Source of the DNA: a virus
Virus record (IMG/VR): IMGVR_UViG_2974543594_000001
Location: 6,679 to 70,678 of that record
DNA length: 64,000 nucleotides
Direction: 5' to 3' (one strand)
Below are positions 40,167-49,390 of this stretch, piece by piece. The notes beneath the pieces are model-generated. The model ran no database searches and was not told the DNA's origin. It saw only the letters and a program-made list of their open reading frames with translations. How positions within the stretch are numbered: the first letter of the stretch is position 1; every line of letters starts with the position of its first letter. The position numbers and the translations under genes were made by a program.

Positions 40167-42754
40167 TTTTTATATTTCTCCGGGTGCAGATACTTATCCA
40201 ATCCAACTTCACATGTATTCAGAATATCCTCTACAGAAGCTCCGTTCTTAAGAGAGATATCATTAGCCCATGATGGATAGAAAACACTGAGTTCTCCGCC
40301 AAGTTTCACTTCATCGTGATAAATGTCGGGATGGTCTTGCCACTGAACACACTCAACCAAGTTGTCATTTACCCATTTCACAATTTCGATATCATCTGGA
40401 ACCAGATAATACTGAGCATCATGAATCTGAGCGCATGGCTTGATTACATCTGCATATGGAGAATTCCAGACTCGTTCCATGAACTCGTTAGCTGCTCGGT
40501 TATTCAGTAAGCACCATGATTGACCTAAAGCATTACCGGCAGTTCTACCTTCAGCTTTAGCTTCATATGGAGTCTTACTGGTTCCCCAGACAACTTTCTT
40601 AATTAATGGAGTACGAATCCTTAATCCGAATGCACCAGTGATATAACCATCTCTGCTGGCTTGAGCTAACTTATCGTTAACCCATTCATCAGAGACCCAA
40701 TAAAGTTCATGGTATCTTTGTTCAACTGTCTTGGCCTTCTCTTCAGAGAAGCCACAGTTAGCCATTAGTGTGTGATAAGTACCTTGATAGGTAAGTGCAA
40801 AAGTAGGTGCTTTAGAATCTTGTCTAAAGTCTGGATACACGTCAGCAATGCTATTGATACTTAAAACTGTATCAACAATATCTGGCATGTGTTCGCCGAA
40901 ATAAGCGAATGCTCTGAGAGAATGACCATCATACCCATCAGTATAAACTTTAAGTTTATTAGGGTCTTTGGTTGTCAGAGCTGAAATGCGGTCTTCTAAA
41001 CTAGCGAAATCCAGTCCAATAAGTAACTTACCTTTTGCTGCCTTAAAGCATCGCTTGATTGGCTTAGCATAGGGACTCTTAGAGGATGGAATCTGCTGCA
41101 TGTTTGGTTTTGATGAACTCAAACGACCGGATACAGTACCGCCTAAGTTATAACTACCGAAGAGATAGTGCATCCCATCTTCGGCTAAAGGTGCTTCTTC
41201 AAATGCTGGAATAAATGCAGATAGGATTTTCTCTACCTTTGAATACTTAATAAGGCATTCGAGAATCTTTTTATGTCTTTCATTTGTTGTATGGTTAATT
41301 AATTTATCCAATGTATCAGCACCTGTAGCGGGCTGTTTGGAATCAGTTAAATCGATTACAGGTAAACCCATAATGCTATACAACAGTTCCTGCATCTGAA
41401 GGTTTGAATTTGGATTAAATTCTATCGCTAATGTTTCATCATCAGACAGAGTGATTCTCTTTGTCTTCAGACTGGCATTACGTGTTTCTACATGGTTAAC
41501 CCTTAACCTATGAACCAGAACATCAACGACACTGAAAGCATTGATTGCTCTCAGATAGCCATCTCGTTCTTTTTCCATGTCTGCTTTAACCTTTTTAACC
41601 TCTGCCATATCAATAGGCATACCGGTTAACTGCATCTGAATAATATTTTTCAGAGAAGGTAGCATCAGTTCATTGTAGATATTCCATTGGTCATCCAGGA
41701 CCATTGTGTCTGCATGTTTATCAGCCACATACCAAGTGCTTAAGCAGTCAACAAGGTTGTACTCCAGAAGCTCTTTGACAGGAATTTTAGTAATGTCATC
41801 AATATCTTCTTGTGCATAGTTTCCAGCAAACTCATGAGATTGGGCTTTTAGCCCTAACTCATTCCCTGCACAAGAATTGGTAGCCAGATACGTAACAATC
41901 TTAGTATCGTGAAAATCACGACACATAGTATGTAAGCCCTTAAGCAGTCCTTTCTGGTCTAGCAGTCCTTTCATCCAAAGCTGATGGATAAGTACTGTTA
42001 AGTCATAACCAGCGTTATGCCAAATCAGTTTGCCTTTATAAGTTTCAAAGAACTTCTTAAGAGCCAACCTTATCCTATTAGCTTTTTCTGGTTCATTCGT
42101 GTAATCAACAGCGAATGCTCCACCGTTATGTTGGTCCCATGCAAAACCAATGGTACCGACACCTGCTGTATAGAACTTGAGGCTAAATGCCTCTATATCT
42201 GAAGCCAGTATTGGATACTGATGGAGAGAATCTAACCAAGATTCAATATCTTCAACAGTCTCAGGATAGTAAGCAGAATGGATAATACCTTGTCCAAGTT
42301 CCTGATAAGACTTTTGTACCTTACCCACCAGTGCCTGTAAGCCTAAATCAATCTTGCCTTGGATATTGGGGTCATAAAACAGACCACCATAGTTAGGGCA
42401 AAGAATGATGTTCAGGTGCTCAAAACCTTTAAGCGCACATGGCAAAGAATAGCCATAATAAGGCTCTGCTTTTGTTTGCTTGGTTAGAGTCTTGAAATAG
42501 GCTGTATCACAGCACAGGACATACTCTGTGCGTAGATTACATAGCTCTGGGAGAAGTTGGGCTAGATAGTCTTTCTGCAACTTTACAGGTGCTTTCTTCC
42601 CATTATATTCAAGGTCGAATGCAATAAATTGACTTGGCTTTAAACCAGTAGGGTCAATGTAATGTTCCTGTAACTCTTTCTTCCTAAGTTGTTGAGGCTT
42701 AATGAGAATAGCAATTGGATATCTTGAAGCTTGTTCAAAGATTATGTGTCTCAT
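40163..42754 (-). CDS. DNA polymerase, family A with 3'-5' exonuclease (N4 gp39-like)
   Basis: 863 aa. Motif A is DFASLEDR. Motif B is RQDSKAPTFALTYQG. Motif C is QIHDAQYY. Exo motifs in the N-terminal third. Confidence 0.85.
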   Translation of the reverse strand: MRHIIFEQASRYPIAILIKPQQLRKKELQEHYIDPTGLKPSQFIAFDLEYNGKKAPVKLQKDYLAQLLPELCNLRTEYVLCCDTAYFKTLTKQTKAEPYYGYSLPCALKGFEHLNIILCPNYGGLFYDPNIQGKIDLGLQALVGKVQKSYQELGQGIIHSAYYPETVEDIESWLDSLHQYPILASDIEAFSLKFYTAGVGTIGFAWDQHNGGAFAVDYTNEPEKANRIRLALKKFFETYKGKLIWHNAGYDLTVLIHQLWMKGLLDQKGLLKGLHTMCRDFHDTKIVTYLATNSCAGNELGLKAQSHEFAGNYAQEDIDDITKIPVKELLEYNLVDCLSTWYVADKHADTMVLDDQWNIYNELMLPSLKNIIQMQLTGMPIDMAEVKKVKADMEKERDGYLRAINAFSVVDVLVHRLRVNHVETRNASLKTKRITLSDDETLAIEFNPNSNLQMQELLYSIMGLPVIDLTDSKQPATGADTLDKLINHTTNERHKKILECLIKYSKVEKILSAFIPAFEEAPLAEDGMHYLFGSYNLGGTVSGRLSSSKPNMQQIPSSKSPYAKPIKRCFKAAKGKLLIGLDFASLEDRISALTTKDPNKLKVYTDGYDGHSLRAFAYFGEHMPDIVDTVLSINSIADVYPDFRQDSKAPTFALTYQGTYHTLMANCGFSEEKAKTVEQRYHELYWVSDEWVNDKLAQASRDGYITGAFGLRIRTPLIKKVVWGTSKTPYEAKAEGRTAGNALGQSWCLLNNRAANEFMERVWNSPYADVIKPCAQIHDAQYYLVPDDIEIVKWVNDNLVECVQWQDHPDIYHDEVKLGGELSVFYPSWANDISLKNGASVEDILNTCEVGLDKYLHPEKYKK

Positions 42755-43007
42755 TATCTAAGTTAACCTCTGGTAAATCTGGTGGAGAATCGAGTAGGTC
42801 CATAAGTCTATACTCTCTGCCTTCACTTTTCAGCTCAGCCATGAAGTCAAACAGCTCATCTGTGATAGCTGGTACTTCAAGAAAGTAGGTTCTGGACATA
42901 CCCACATCTGTATACCTTGACTCATGTAGCTGTGTAGGGAGTCCATTCCTCAAGAGGGTGTACTCAACAGCTATGAGTTTTGATATGACAAATGCGTATC
43001 TCATCAA
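42735..43007 (-). CDS. hypothetical protein
   Basis: 90 aa ORF. Confidence 0.35.
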   Translation of the reverse strand: MMRYAFVISKLIAVEYTLLRNGLPTQLHESRYTDVGMSRTYFLEVPAITDELFDFMAELKSEGREYRLMDLLDSPPDLPEVNLDNETHNL

Positions 43008-43483
43008 ATCACCAATCGAGACATTACATAGAATGAAATGAGTTTGTAGATTTCTGGGTCAGGGTGAATCCCCGGTATGGGAGATTTATTTCTTACATCA
43101 ATGAATGCTTCATCAAGAGCTTTATGCATGAATTGTGGGACATAACAATACAACTGTCCTACCTCATCCATACGAGCAATAATCCTTCTGAAGTATCCCT
43201 CAATCCTGTTCCAGTCTTCCTTCACCTTAATCTTGAGTAACCAAACTTCTTTGGCTCTCTCAAGTAACTCTGGTTTACAACCAAAAGCTAAGTTATCTGA
43301 ACCCTCTTTAAAAATCATGTTATCAACCATGAATCCTTGAGGGGTATCATTAGCCATACATAGCTTATGCTCCTCTTCTAGTACAAATGAACAGAAGGGG
43401 TCGGTGATTTTATTACAAATCCAATCCAGTAATTCTATTTTGAATTTGGTTTTAGTGTAGGCACTTTTATCTATCATAATCAC
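43004..43483 (-). CDS. hypothetical protein
   Basis: 159 aa ORF. Confidence 0.4.
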   Translation of the reverse strand: MIMIDKSAYTKTKFKIELLDWICNKITDPFCSFVLEEEHKLCMANDTPQGFMVDNMIFKEGSDNLAFGCKPELLERAKEVWLLKIKVKEDWNRIEGYFRRIIARMDEVGQLYCYVPQFMHKALDEAFIDVRNKSPIPGIHPDPEIYKLISFYVMSRLVI

Positions 43484-44724
43484 CTCATGAATCGAGGAGG
43501 ATTACCATAAAAGACTACTCTCGTAGTAGCCCTACTAACTGCAACATACAGTAAACGTGCTAATTGGCTTATGTCCTTACAGACACATAAATCACCAATG
43601 TCTATGTAGACAGTATGGTAGGTAGAACCCTGAGATTTATGGACAGTTGAAGCATATGAAAATCGCAAGTCTGCGAATCCATTCTTCAATCTGAAGTACT
43701 CAACCCAATCTTTTCTGTCAGCAGCTAACTTAATGAACTTCTGAAGTTCACTGTAATCTACTGGCTGACGTACATAAGTACCAAGACCAATATCAACGAA
43801 ATAGTAAGGTACTACATCGTCATAATTTATTTCACTTACGTAATAAACAGCATAGTTCTTTTCAATAACAGTGCGTTTAGAACCACACTCGATACTGTTG
43901 TTAGAGACAACATTGTCACCAACTTGAACTATAGGTGGTAAGTTCTTCTTGGTTCTTATGTATTGGTTGTAGCCTTGAACGGTATTATTGGTAAATACGA
44001 GGATTTTATGACCGGGAGATTCCTGTTGGATGAAATGAGTTTGCATTGCGCCTCTCATTGCATCGTCCCCTAAGAAGTCTATGACTCCGGGAACTGGAAT
44101 TATTGGTCTGAAGACACCCGTTTCTACTGTCTCACGTAACTGAGCATTGAGTAGAGTTAACTCTGGACTATTATTAGTCCTCATTTGGGTATTAAGATAT
44201 GAAGTGAGATAGCCTGAATTGAATACAGGGCTTATCTGCTCTGACACTGGCGCTAACTGACAATGGTCACCGATAAAAACTATCTTACAGTTTTTACGAG
44301 TGCCTTCTTCAATTAGGTTCAGTAATGGAGTATCTGCCATTGATGCTTCGTCCAGCAGGACTAGAGTATCTGACAGTGGTTGAAAATTCTTACCTTTAGT
44401 GGTGATGGTTTCACCAGTCCTATAGTCATCTCTGACCATTAAACCTAAAGCAGAATGTATGGTTTTTACTGTGGTTTTAAATCTTTCCTGAAGTACTTCA
44501 GCAGCTTTATTAGTTGTAGCTGATACAACAACATTGTTGAGAGGCTCAGCACCTAATATGGTTGCAATACGATGACTGCTTGGAAGCATCTCAATCATAT
44601 GATTGAGCATATATGTCTTGCCTACTCCGGGTGGACCAGAGATAACCATATGCTTTGCTGGAGTACACAGAAAAGACATAAACTGCTTTGCAGCAGAGTC
44701 CTGACAACTAGTCAGATTTGCCAT
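43480..44724 (-). CDS. SF1 Dda/RecD-like DNA helicase
   Basis: 414 aa. Walker A is GPPGVGKTY. LLDEASM. TVHKSQGSTY. Confidence 0.8.
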   Translation of the reverse strand: MANLTSCQDSAAKQFMSFLCTPAKHMVISGPPGVGKTYMLNHMIEMLPSSHRIATILGAEPLNNVVVSATTNKAAEVLQERFKTTVKTIHSALGLMVRDDYRTGETITTKGKNFQPLSDTLVLLDEASMADTPLLNLIEEGTRKNCKIVFIGDHCQLAPVSEQISPVFNSGYLTSYLNTQMRTNNSPELTLLNAQLRETVETGVFRPIIPVPGVIDFLGDDAMRGAMQTHFIQQESPGHKILVFTNNTVQGYNQYIRTKKNLPPIVQVGDNVVSNNSIECGSKRTVIEKNYAVYYVSEINYDDVVPYYFVDIGLGTYVRQPVDYSELQKFIKLAADRKDWVEYFRLKNGFADLRFSYASTVHKSQGSTYHTVYIDIGDLCVCKDISQLARLLYVAVSRATTRVVFYGNPPRFMR

Positions 44725-44974
44725 CTTCGTGCCTCATGAAAGCTAACTTAAGTAATTCATACTTGGTTCTAGCAATGAACTTAACCTGGATATCTTTATC
44801 CATTGGTTCAATTCGTTCAGGCCCCCTATATTCACTGACATACAGTTCAGCCCTACTCAATAACTCAAGCAGGGCTTTACCGTCTTCAATGGGGAGAATG
44901 ATTTTAAAATCATAACTGAACTGAACACACATCATGTTTCCACGATATGATTTGTTTGGAGATTCTTCTGACAT
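44708..44974 (-). CDS. hypothetical protein
   Basis: 88 aa ORF. Confidence 0.35.
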   Translation of the reverse strand: MSEESPNKSYRGNMMCVQFSYDFKIILPIEDGKALLELLSRAELYVSEYRGPERIEPMDKDIQVKFIARTKYELLKLAFMRHEDGKSD

Positions 44975-45042
44975 ATTCCCCCTAGTATTTTAAGTAGAGG
45001 TCCAGTATCCAAAGAATGCCCAAGATGAAAGTCATGATGATG

Positions 45043-45390
45043 TTATTCATGCTTCGTAGAGGCACGTAGAAGTGATTCTACGACGATTTGTTCAGGAGAC
45101 TTATCGTATCCCTTGCCCGGCTGAGTAAACGCTTTAGAATCGTTCTCAACGAGTCTATCAACGATACTCGCGCAGTTCATTGATTCAATGTTCATGTGCT
45201 TAGAAATAGCTGCCATTAACATTGAAATGAAGTATCTGCGGTCTGTTTCGTACAGTTTCTGTTCCTCAGCTGATTCAAAGTCTACCTGAAAGTGTTCAGG
45301 TATAGGTTTACCAGCAGGACTAAAATTAATAACACCAAATTTCACTATTTTCATTTGAGCACCTATGCAGATGTGAAGTAACCAAAGCAA
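45043..45390 (-). CDS. hypothetical protein
   Basis: 115 aa ORF. True start may be the internal MKIVKFG. Confidence 0.35.
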   Translation of the reverse strand: MLWLLHICIGAQMKIVKFGVINFSPAGKPIPEHFQVDFESAEEQKLYETDRRYFISMLMAAISKHMNIESMNCASIVDRLVENDSKAFTQPGKGYDKSPEQIVVESLLRASTKHE

Positions 45391-45403
45391 CTGCCGGAGG
45401 CAG

Positions 45404-46084
45404 TTACTTGATTTGCACCATTGTTAACCGTCCCTTCTCGAACACTGCACCAGTGTCGATATAGTTTTGGTTATGGTATTGCACAGGGTCTTTGGCAGGT
45501 GTGTGTCCGAAATAGAATTCGTCAGCACCTTTAATGACAGTACCTCTTGAGTTTTGGTTTTTAACCATACGTTCACGATTCCAAAGCAAAGCTTCTACGT
45601 CAACGTCTTTACCAAACTCGTACTGATTTGAAGGGTAGTCTGCATGGCAGATAACAATAGTTTTGTCATCTACTGAGACTTCAATGATACCCGGCAGGTC
45701 TGCTGCCTGAGTAAAGAGTTCGAGCACCTCTGGTTTCTGTTCTTCTGGAACTTCCAAAATCCATGTGCCTCCATTATGAAACCAGTTCATATAGGCTACA
45801 TCTCCATCATGGGTATTTGGTTCAGAAGCTAATGCATTGAGTGCCATAACTTCATGGTTACCCAATACAGTTTTAAACCAAGGTTCCTTGATTAGGCGTA
45901 AACAGCCTAAACTATCAAAACCTCGGTCAATTAAATCACCAACAGAAATGAGTAAATCAGTTTGAGTATCAAACTGGTTAGCCCATAACTGCTGTTGTAA
46001 TTCTGTGAGGCAGCCATGCAAATCTCCGACAACGAAGATTCGTTTATATTGGCTACCATCAATCTTCATATAGAGATTTTTCAT
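45404..46084 (-). CDS. calcineurin-like metallophosphatase (lambda PPase/ApaH-like Ser/Thr phosphatase)
   Basis: 226 aa. GDLHGC, GDLIDRG and GNHE motifs. Confidence 0.75.
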   Translation of the reverse strand: MKNLYMKIDGSQYKRIFVVGDLHGCLTELQQQLWANQFDTQTDLLISVGDLIDRGFDSLGCLRLIKEPWFKTVLGNHEVMALNALASEPNTHDGDVAYMNWFHNGGTWILEVPEEQKPEVLELFTQAADLPGIIEVSVDDKTIVICHADYPSNQYEFGKDVDVEALLWNRERMVKNQNSRGTVIKGADEFYFGHTPAKDPVQYHNQNYIDTGAVFEKGRLTMVQIK

Positions 46085-46152
46085 ACGACCTCCAGTAGTA
46101 GCTAGAATACGCCCCCATAGGAGGCGTATCCGAGCGCTACTGCATCGATAGA

Positions 46153-47595
46153 TTAATCTACGATGCGTTCGTGCATTTCTGCTACCTGACCGGTAACTTT
46201 GCTGACCGCCGCTTCAATTGCCGGAGCAACTGCGTTAGCGATAACTTCGTTAAAGGTCGGCTCTTTCACTTTCGGCTTGCTCTGCTCTTCGAGCAGCTTA
46301 CGCTGGGCCTGAATGGTCAGAGCGGAATCCAGCAGTGCTTTACCGCTGATTTGCTCGATAACAGTACCCGGCTCCTGATACTGGAGCTGGTGCAGCTTGG
46401 CACGTTTAACCACTTCAGCGATAACCGCCGGAATGGTACCTGCCAGCGCTTCGCCAACCAGAGTCAGGTCTTCAGATGCGTCGATGGTGTCACGACCGTA
46501 CAGGCGAACCAGTTTTTCAACTGCTTTCGCATCCGGCGGAGTCACATCGATGATGGCATCCAGACGGCCCGGACGCAGCATCGCTGGGTTGATGTTTTCG
46601 AGGTGGTTGGTAGTCAGAACGGTGATGATGCGAGAAGATTTAGTGTCGATACCATCCAGAATGTTCAGGATATCGTCCATCTTCACGCTACGTTCACCGG
46701 ATACAGCACGGTCGATATCTTCACAGAAGATAACGCACGCTTTGTCGCTGTACTGCTTAGCGAACTGAATCGCATCAGACAGCTCATCAGAGCGCGGCAC
46801 GTAAACGTAGGTAACGCCAGTTTTAACCGCGATAGACGCAGCAACTGTCGCAGCCATAGTTTTACCAGTACCGTATGGCCCACCCAGCAGTACGCCGCGT
46901 TTAACCGGCATGTGGTTGGCGATGCAGTCTTCAACGCGCTCAATCGGCGTGAACAGGTTGGTTTCAATCAGCTGGTTAACATCATCGGAATAAACCAGAG
47001 AATCGCGCGAGATACCTTGCAGATTCATGAATTCCGGTTCCGGCATTTCCAGCAGGTCGCCATCGTTATCGCGGAAGCGAATCTTAATCGCCTGACCCAT
47101 ATAGATGGATTCAGTGCGCAGTTTGTCTTCCACGGTATCGAACAGCAGCTCGATGGTACGCTCATCGGCGCGCAGTACTTTGGCTACCAGCTCAAAGCTG
47201 ATACGGCCATCTTTCTTGGCGACAGAGGTCTGAACAAAGCCTTCAACCTGCGGCAGAGAGAAGCGGCCCCACGGCACTTTTTTGGTACGGCCATAGCCGA
47301 CTTGTACGTCCAGCATCTGCGGAGGATTAGAGCCAAAGAAGCCCGGAGTCGCTTCAGCAGCAGCCCAGCCGTAACGTTCGGTCAGCGCGTTCATCAGCGC
47401 ATGGGCACCATCCCACGGGAATACGTTGTAGGTACGGCGCACAACAACTTCTTCTTCGTCGTACTTCTGACGACGCTTCAGCAGGTCGATAGCATCACCC
47501 AGCTTCATCTGCTCGGGCAGAATGATTTTTTCGCCGTGACGCACGACTTCTGCTACGTGAACTTCTTTTTCGTCTTGTTGAAGAGTTTTAGCCAT
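46153..47595 (-). CDS. classic-clade AAA+ ATPase with about 230-aa unique N-domain, encoded on a host-like GC-rich island
   Basis: 480 aa. Walker A is GPYGTGKT. Walker B is VIFCEDID. Sensor 1 is TTNH. SRH is PAMLRPGRLD. GC is clearly above the flanks and a long antisense ORF is a side effect. Confidence 0.7.
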   Translation of the reverse strand: MAKTLQQDEKEVHVAEVVRHGEKIILPEQMKLGDAIDLLKRRQKYDEEEVVVRRTYNVFPWDGAHALMNALTERYGWAAAEATPGFFGSNPPQMLDVQVGYGRTKKVPWGRFSLPQVEGFVQTSVAKKDGRISFELVAKVLRADERTIELLFDTVEDKLRTESIYMGQAIKIRFRDNDGDLLEMPEPEFMNLQGISRDSLVYSDDVNQLIETNLFTPIERVEDCIANHMPVKRGVLLGGPYGTGKTMAATVAASIAVKTGVTYVYVPRSDELSDAIQFAKQYSDKACVIFCEDIDRAVSGERSVKMDDILNILDGIDTKSSRIITVLTTNHLENINPAMLRPGRLDAIIDVTPPDAKAVEKLVRLYGRDTIDASEDLTLVGEALAGTIPAVIAEVVKRAKLHQLQYQEPGTVIEQISGKALLDSALTIQAQRKLLEEQSKPKVKEPTFNEVIANAVAPAIEAAVSKVTGQVAEMHERIVD

Positions 47596-47675
47596 TTCGA
47601 TTTACCTTTTCAGATTGGGATAAAATTACATTGTTTGAATGAAGAGAGTTAATTTCTCTTTCTTTTTCCGAGGCA

Positions 47676-47690
47676 AGCGCCGGAGGCGCT
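47676..47690 (-). promoter_or_regulatory. GGA-triloop hairpin AGCGCC-GGA-GGCGCT upstream of the AAA+ gene
   Basis: 6-bp GC stem with a 3-nt loop and no U-tract. 80 nt upstream of ATG 47595. Confidence 0.25.
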
Positions 47691-47826
47691 TTACCCTTTA
47701 CCGAACACAGGAATCACTCTGTAACCTTGATTGCGAGCAATCCGGGCTACATGTGTTTTCTTGGTTCGAATAATAAGAGTGCTGGGAATGCGAAATACAT
47801 CCCAAGCAATAGGAGATTTGGACACG

Positions 47827-48639
47827 TTACTCACCAAACTTAAGTTTGTTTTGGAAAGTACTGGATTTGACTTCATCTCGGGAAAGCTTGCCGTCCTGAA
47901 TGAAATACTGAGTAATTAACGTATTAACCATACGAATACCCAACGTATTCATCTCATAGTTATCTTTGATAAATGCTGAGATATCAGAGACAGCTTTATC
48001 TCTCTTAACTTCTGGAAATAAATCCAGATACATTGAGAGAGTAGATGAGCCTTTAAGTATATTAATTAAAGACTCCAGACTGACTTTGACAGTGTTGTAT
48101 ACCAAACCAACACGACCTAAGAACTCAGTCTTCACACCAAAGCTACGGAGCTTATCCAGAGTAATATCTGGTTCTCCGTTGAATGCTCCGGCGAAGACAA
48201 ACAGGACGTTACTTACAGGCACGTCCACATACTTGCCATAGTCGCCAAACACTGAGGTACACTCAGCTTCTAGAACCTTCAGGAATTCATTCTGAACTCC
48301 ATTAGTAGATTCATGGGCCAACTCACTATTGTTATTGCCTGCGATAAATAACTTGTCGAATTCATCTACAAAGCAAATAACAGGATTACCGTTGGCTTGG
48401 CGTAAAGGAGCTAAAGCTTTGCTTAAGCTATTACCCGATAAGCCTTCTTTGGTTAGCTGAGCAGCATTAATTTCGATGTAGTCCATCTTATGCTGGTCAG
48501 CCAGAGACTTAATTAAAAAGGTTTTTCCAGTACCACTTTCGCCAGTCAGAATGAAGTGAGGTCTCAACTGACATTCACTGGCTTTAAAGATAGAAAAGAT
48601 ACGGGAAATATCTTTCCTGAGTTGTTCTTGCTCTTTCAT
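47827..48639 (-). CDS. ClpX/HslU-like AAA+ unfoldase module (no N-terminal zinc finger, no cognate ClpP seen)
   Basis: 270 aa. ILTGESGTGKT, QLTKEGLSG, ICFVDEFDKL, NGVQNEFLKVLE, VLFVFAGAF and FLGRVGLVY parallel ClpX blocks. Confidence 0.6.
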   Translation of the reverse strand: MKEQEQLRKDISRIFSIFKASECQLRPHFILTGESGTGKTFLIKSLADQHKMDYIEINAAQLTKEGLSGNSLSKALAPLRQANGNPVICFVDEFDKLFIAGNNNSELAHESTNGVQNEFLKVLEAECTSVFGDYGKYVDVPVSNVLFVFAGAFNGEPDITLDKLRSFGVKTEFLGRVGLVYNTVKVSLESLINILKGSSTLSMYLDLFPEVKRDKAVSDISAFIKDNYEMNTLGIRMVNTLITQYFIQDGKLSRDEVKSSTFQNKLKFGE

Positions 48640-49049
48640 TAGCAGATTTTCCTAAGACTTTTGTCATTAACTTGGATATACCAAGGCAGGTTTCTGCACA
48701 GATGTTTTTTAAGATTCCAGAGAGTATCATTCATGTTGTTATATTCATCGGGATGAACATAACGAACCAGACGTACATCACAGTCCAGAATCTCAATACC
48801 CAAAGTGAAATCCACAATGGTTCCATCAGCCATGAGACTCACGTAGTGAGCTATACACATATCTGAGTAGATAATAACTACTTCAACAACGCCTACAGCT
48901 AATCCAGTCTTTACAGCCTGAGCAGCATTGATATGGCATTTGTAGTTATACTGAGGAACAGATTTATCAGGGATTCCTACTACAAGCTTATGCTTGTAAT
49001 CTTTGAGAGCTTGCTCTCTTGCCAGTAACATCGCCTTCTTTAGAAACAT
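48639..49049 (-). CDS. hypothetical protein
   Basis: 136 aa ORF. Confidence 0.4.
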   Translation of the reverse strand: MFLKKAMLLAREQALKDYKHKLVVGIPDKSVPQYNYKCHINAAQAVKTGLAVGVVEVVIIYSDMCIAHYVSLMADGTIVDFTLGIEILDCDVRLVRYVHPDEYNNMNDTLWNLKKHLCRNLPWYIQVNDKSLRKIC

Positions 49050-49052
49050 GGT

Positions 49053-49310
49053 TTACTCCAAGTATTTTCTGAATACGCCTGCGAAGCAGGAGTCTCCCTC
49101 TTGAAGTCCATGCTCCTGACATAAGCCATGATGGTCTAATCGACAGTCATGACCGACATAATCTAAAGCATCTTGGATAGCCTGCTTTAAATCCTCTGGC
49201 AATTCGAATTCTGGTTCAGGTGGTGGTTGTTTCCATCCACATAACTGACAGTCCATACCGTCAACATAAGAACCGCATTCGGTATTTTGGCAATACAGGT
49301 AAAGACCCAT
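49053..49310 (-). CDS. Cys/His-rich small protein (putative zinc-binding)
   Basis: 85 aa. CQNTEC...CQLC and HDCRLDHHGLCQEH. Confidence 0.4.
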   Translation of the reverse strand: MGLYLYCQNTECGSYVDGMDCQLCGWKQPPPEPEFELPEDLKQAIQDALDYVGHDCRLDHHGLCQEHGLQEGDSCFAGVFRKYLE

Positions 49311-49315
49311 ATGAC

Positions 49316-49345
49316 CTCCAAAAAAATGCCCTCACAAGGAGGGCA
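49316..49345 (-). terminator. intrinsic terminator
   Basis: TGCCCTC-acaag-GAGGGCA. On the minus strand it is followed by U7 and then GGAGG for the next gene. Confidence 0.55.
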
Positions 49346-49390
49346 AAAACATCTGAAAGGTAAACTTAAAAAGATTACCCGCCACGTATA

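Noticed and set aside
46171-47652. 493-aa + strand ORF (plus nested 46397..46768) antisense to the AAA+ gene
   Set aside because: Arises because the GC-rich sense gene depletes stop codons on the opposite strand. No RBS, and a low-complexity Arg/Ala-rich translation typical of antisense GC-rich DNA.
47691-47876. 61-aa ORF between the ClpX-like and AAA+ genes
   Set aside because: Overlaps the ClpX-like 3' end by 50 nt and its stop sits in the 47676-47690 hairpin. Basic low-complexity translation. Probably non-coding leader.
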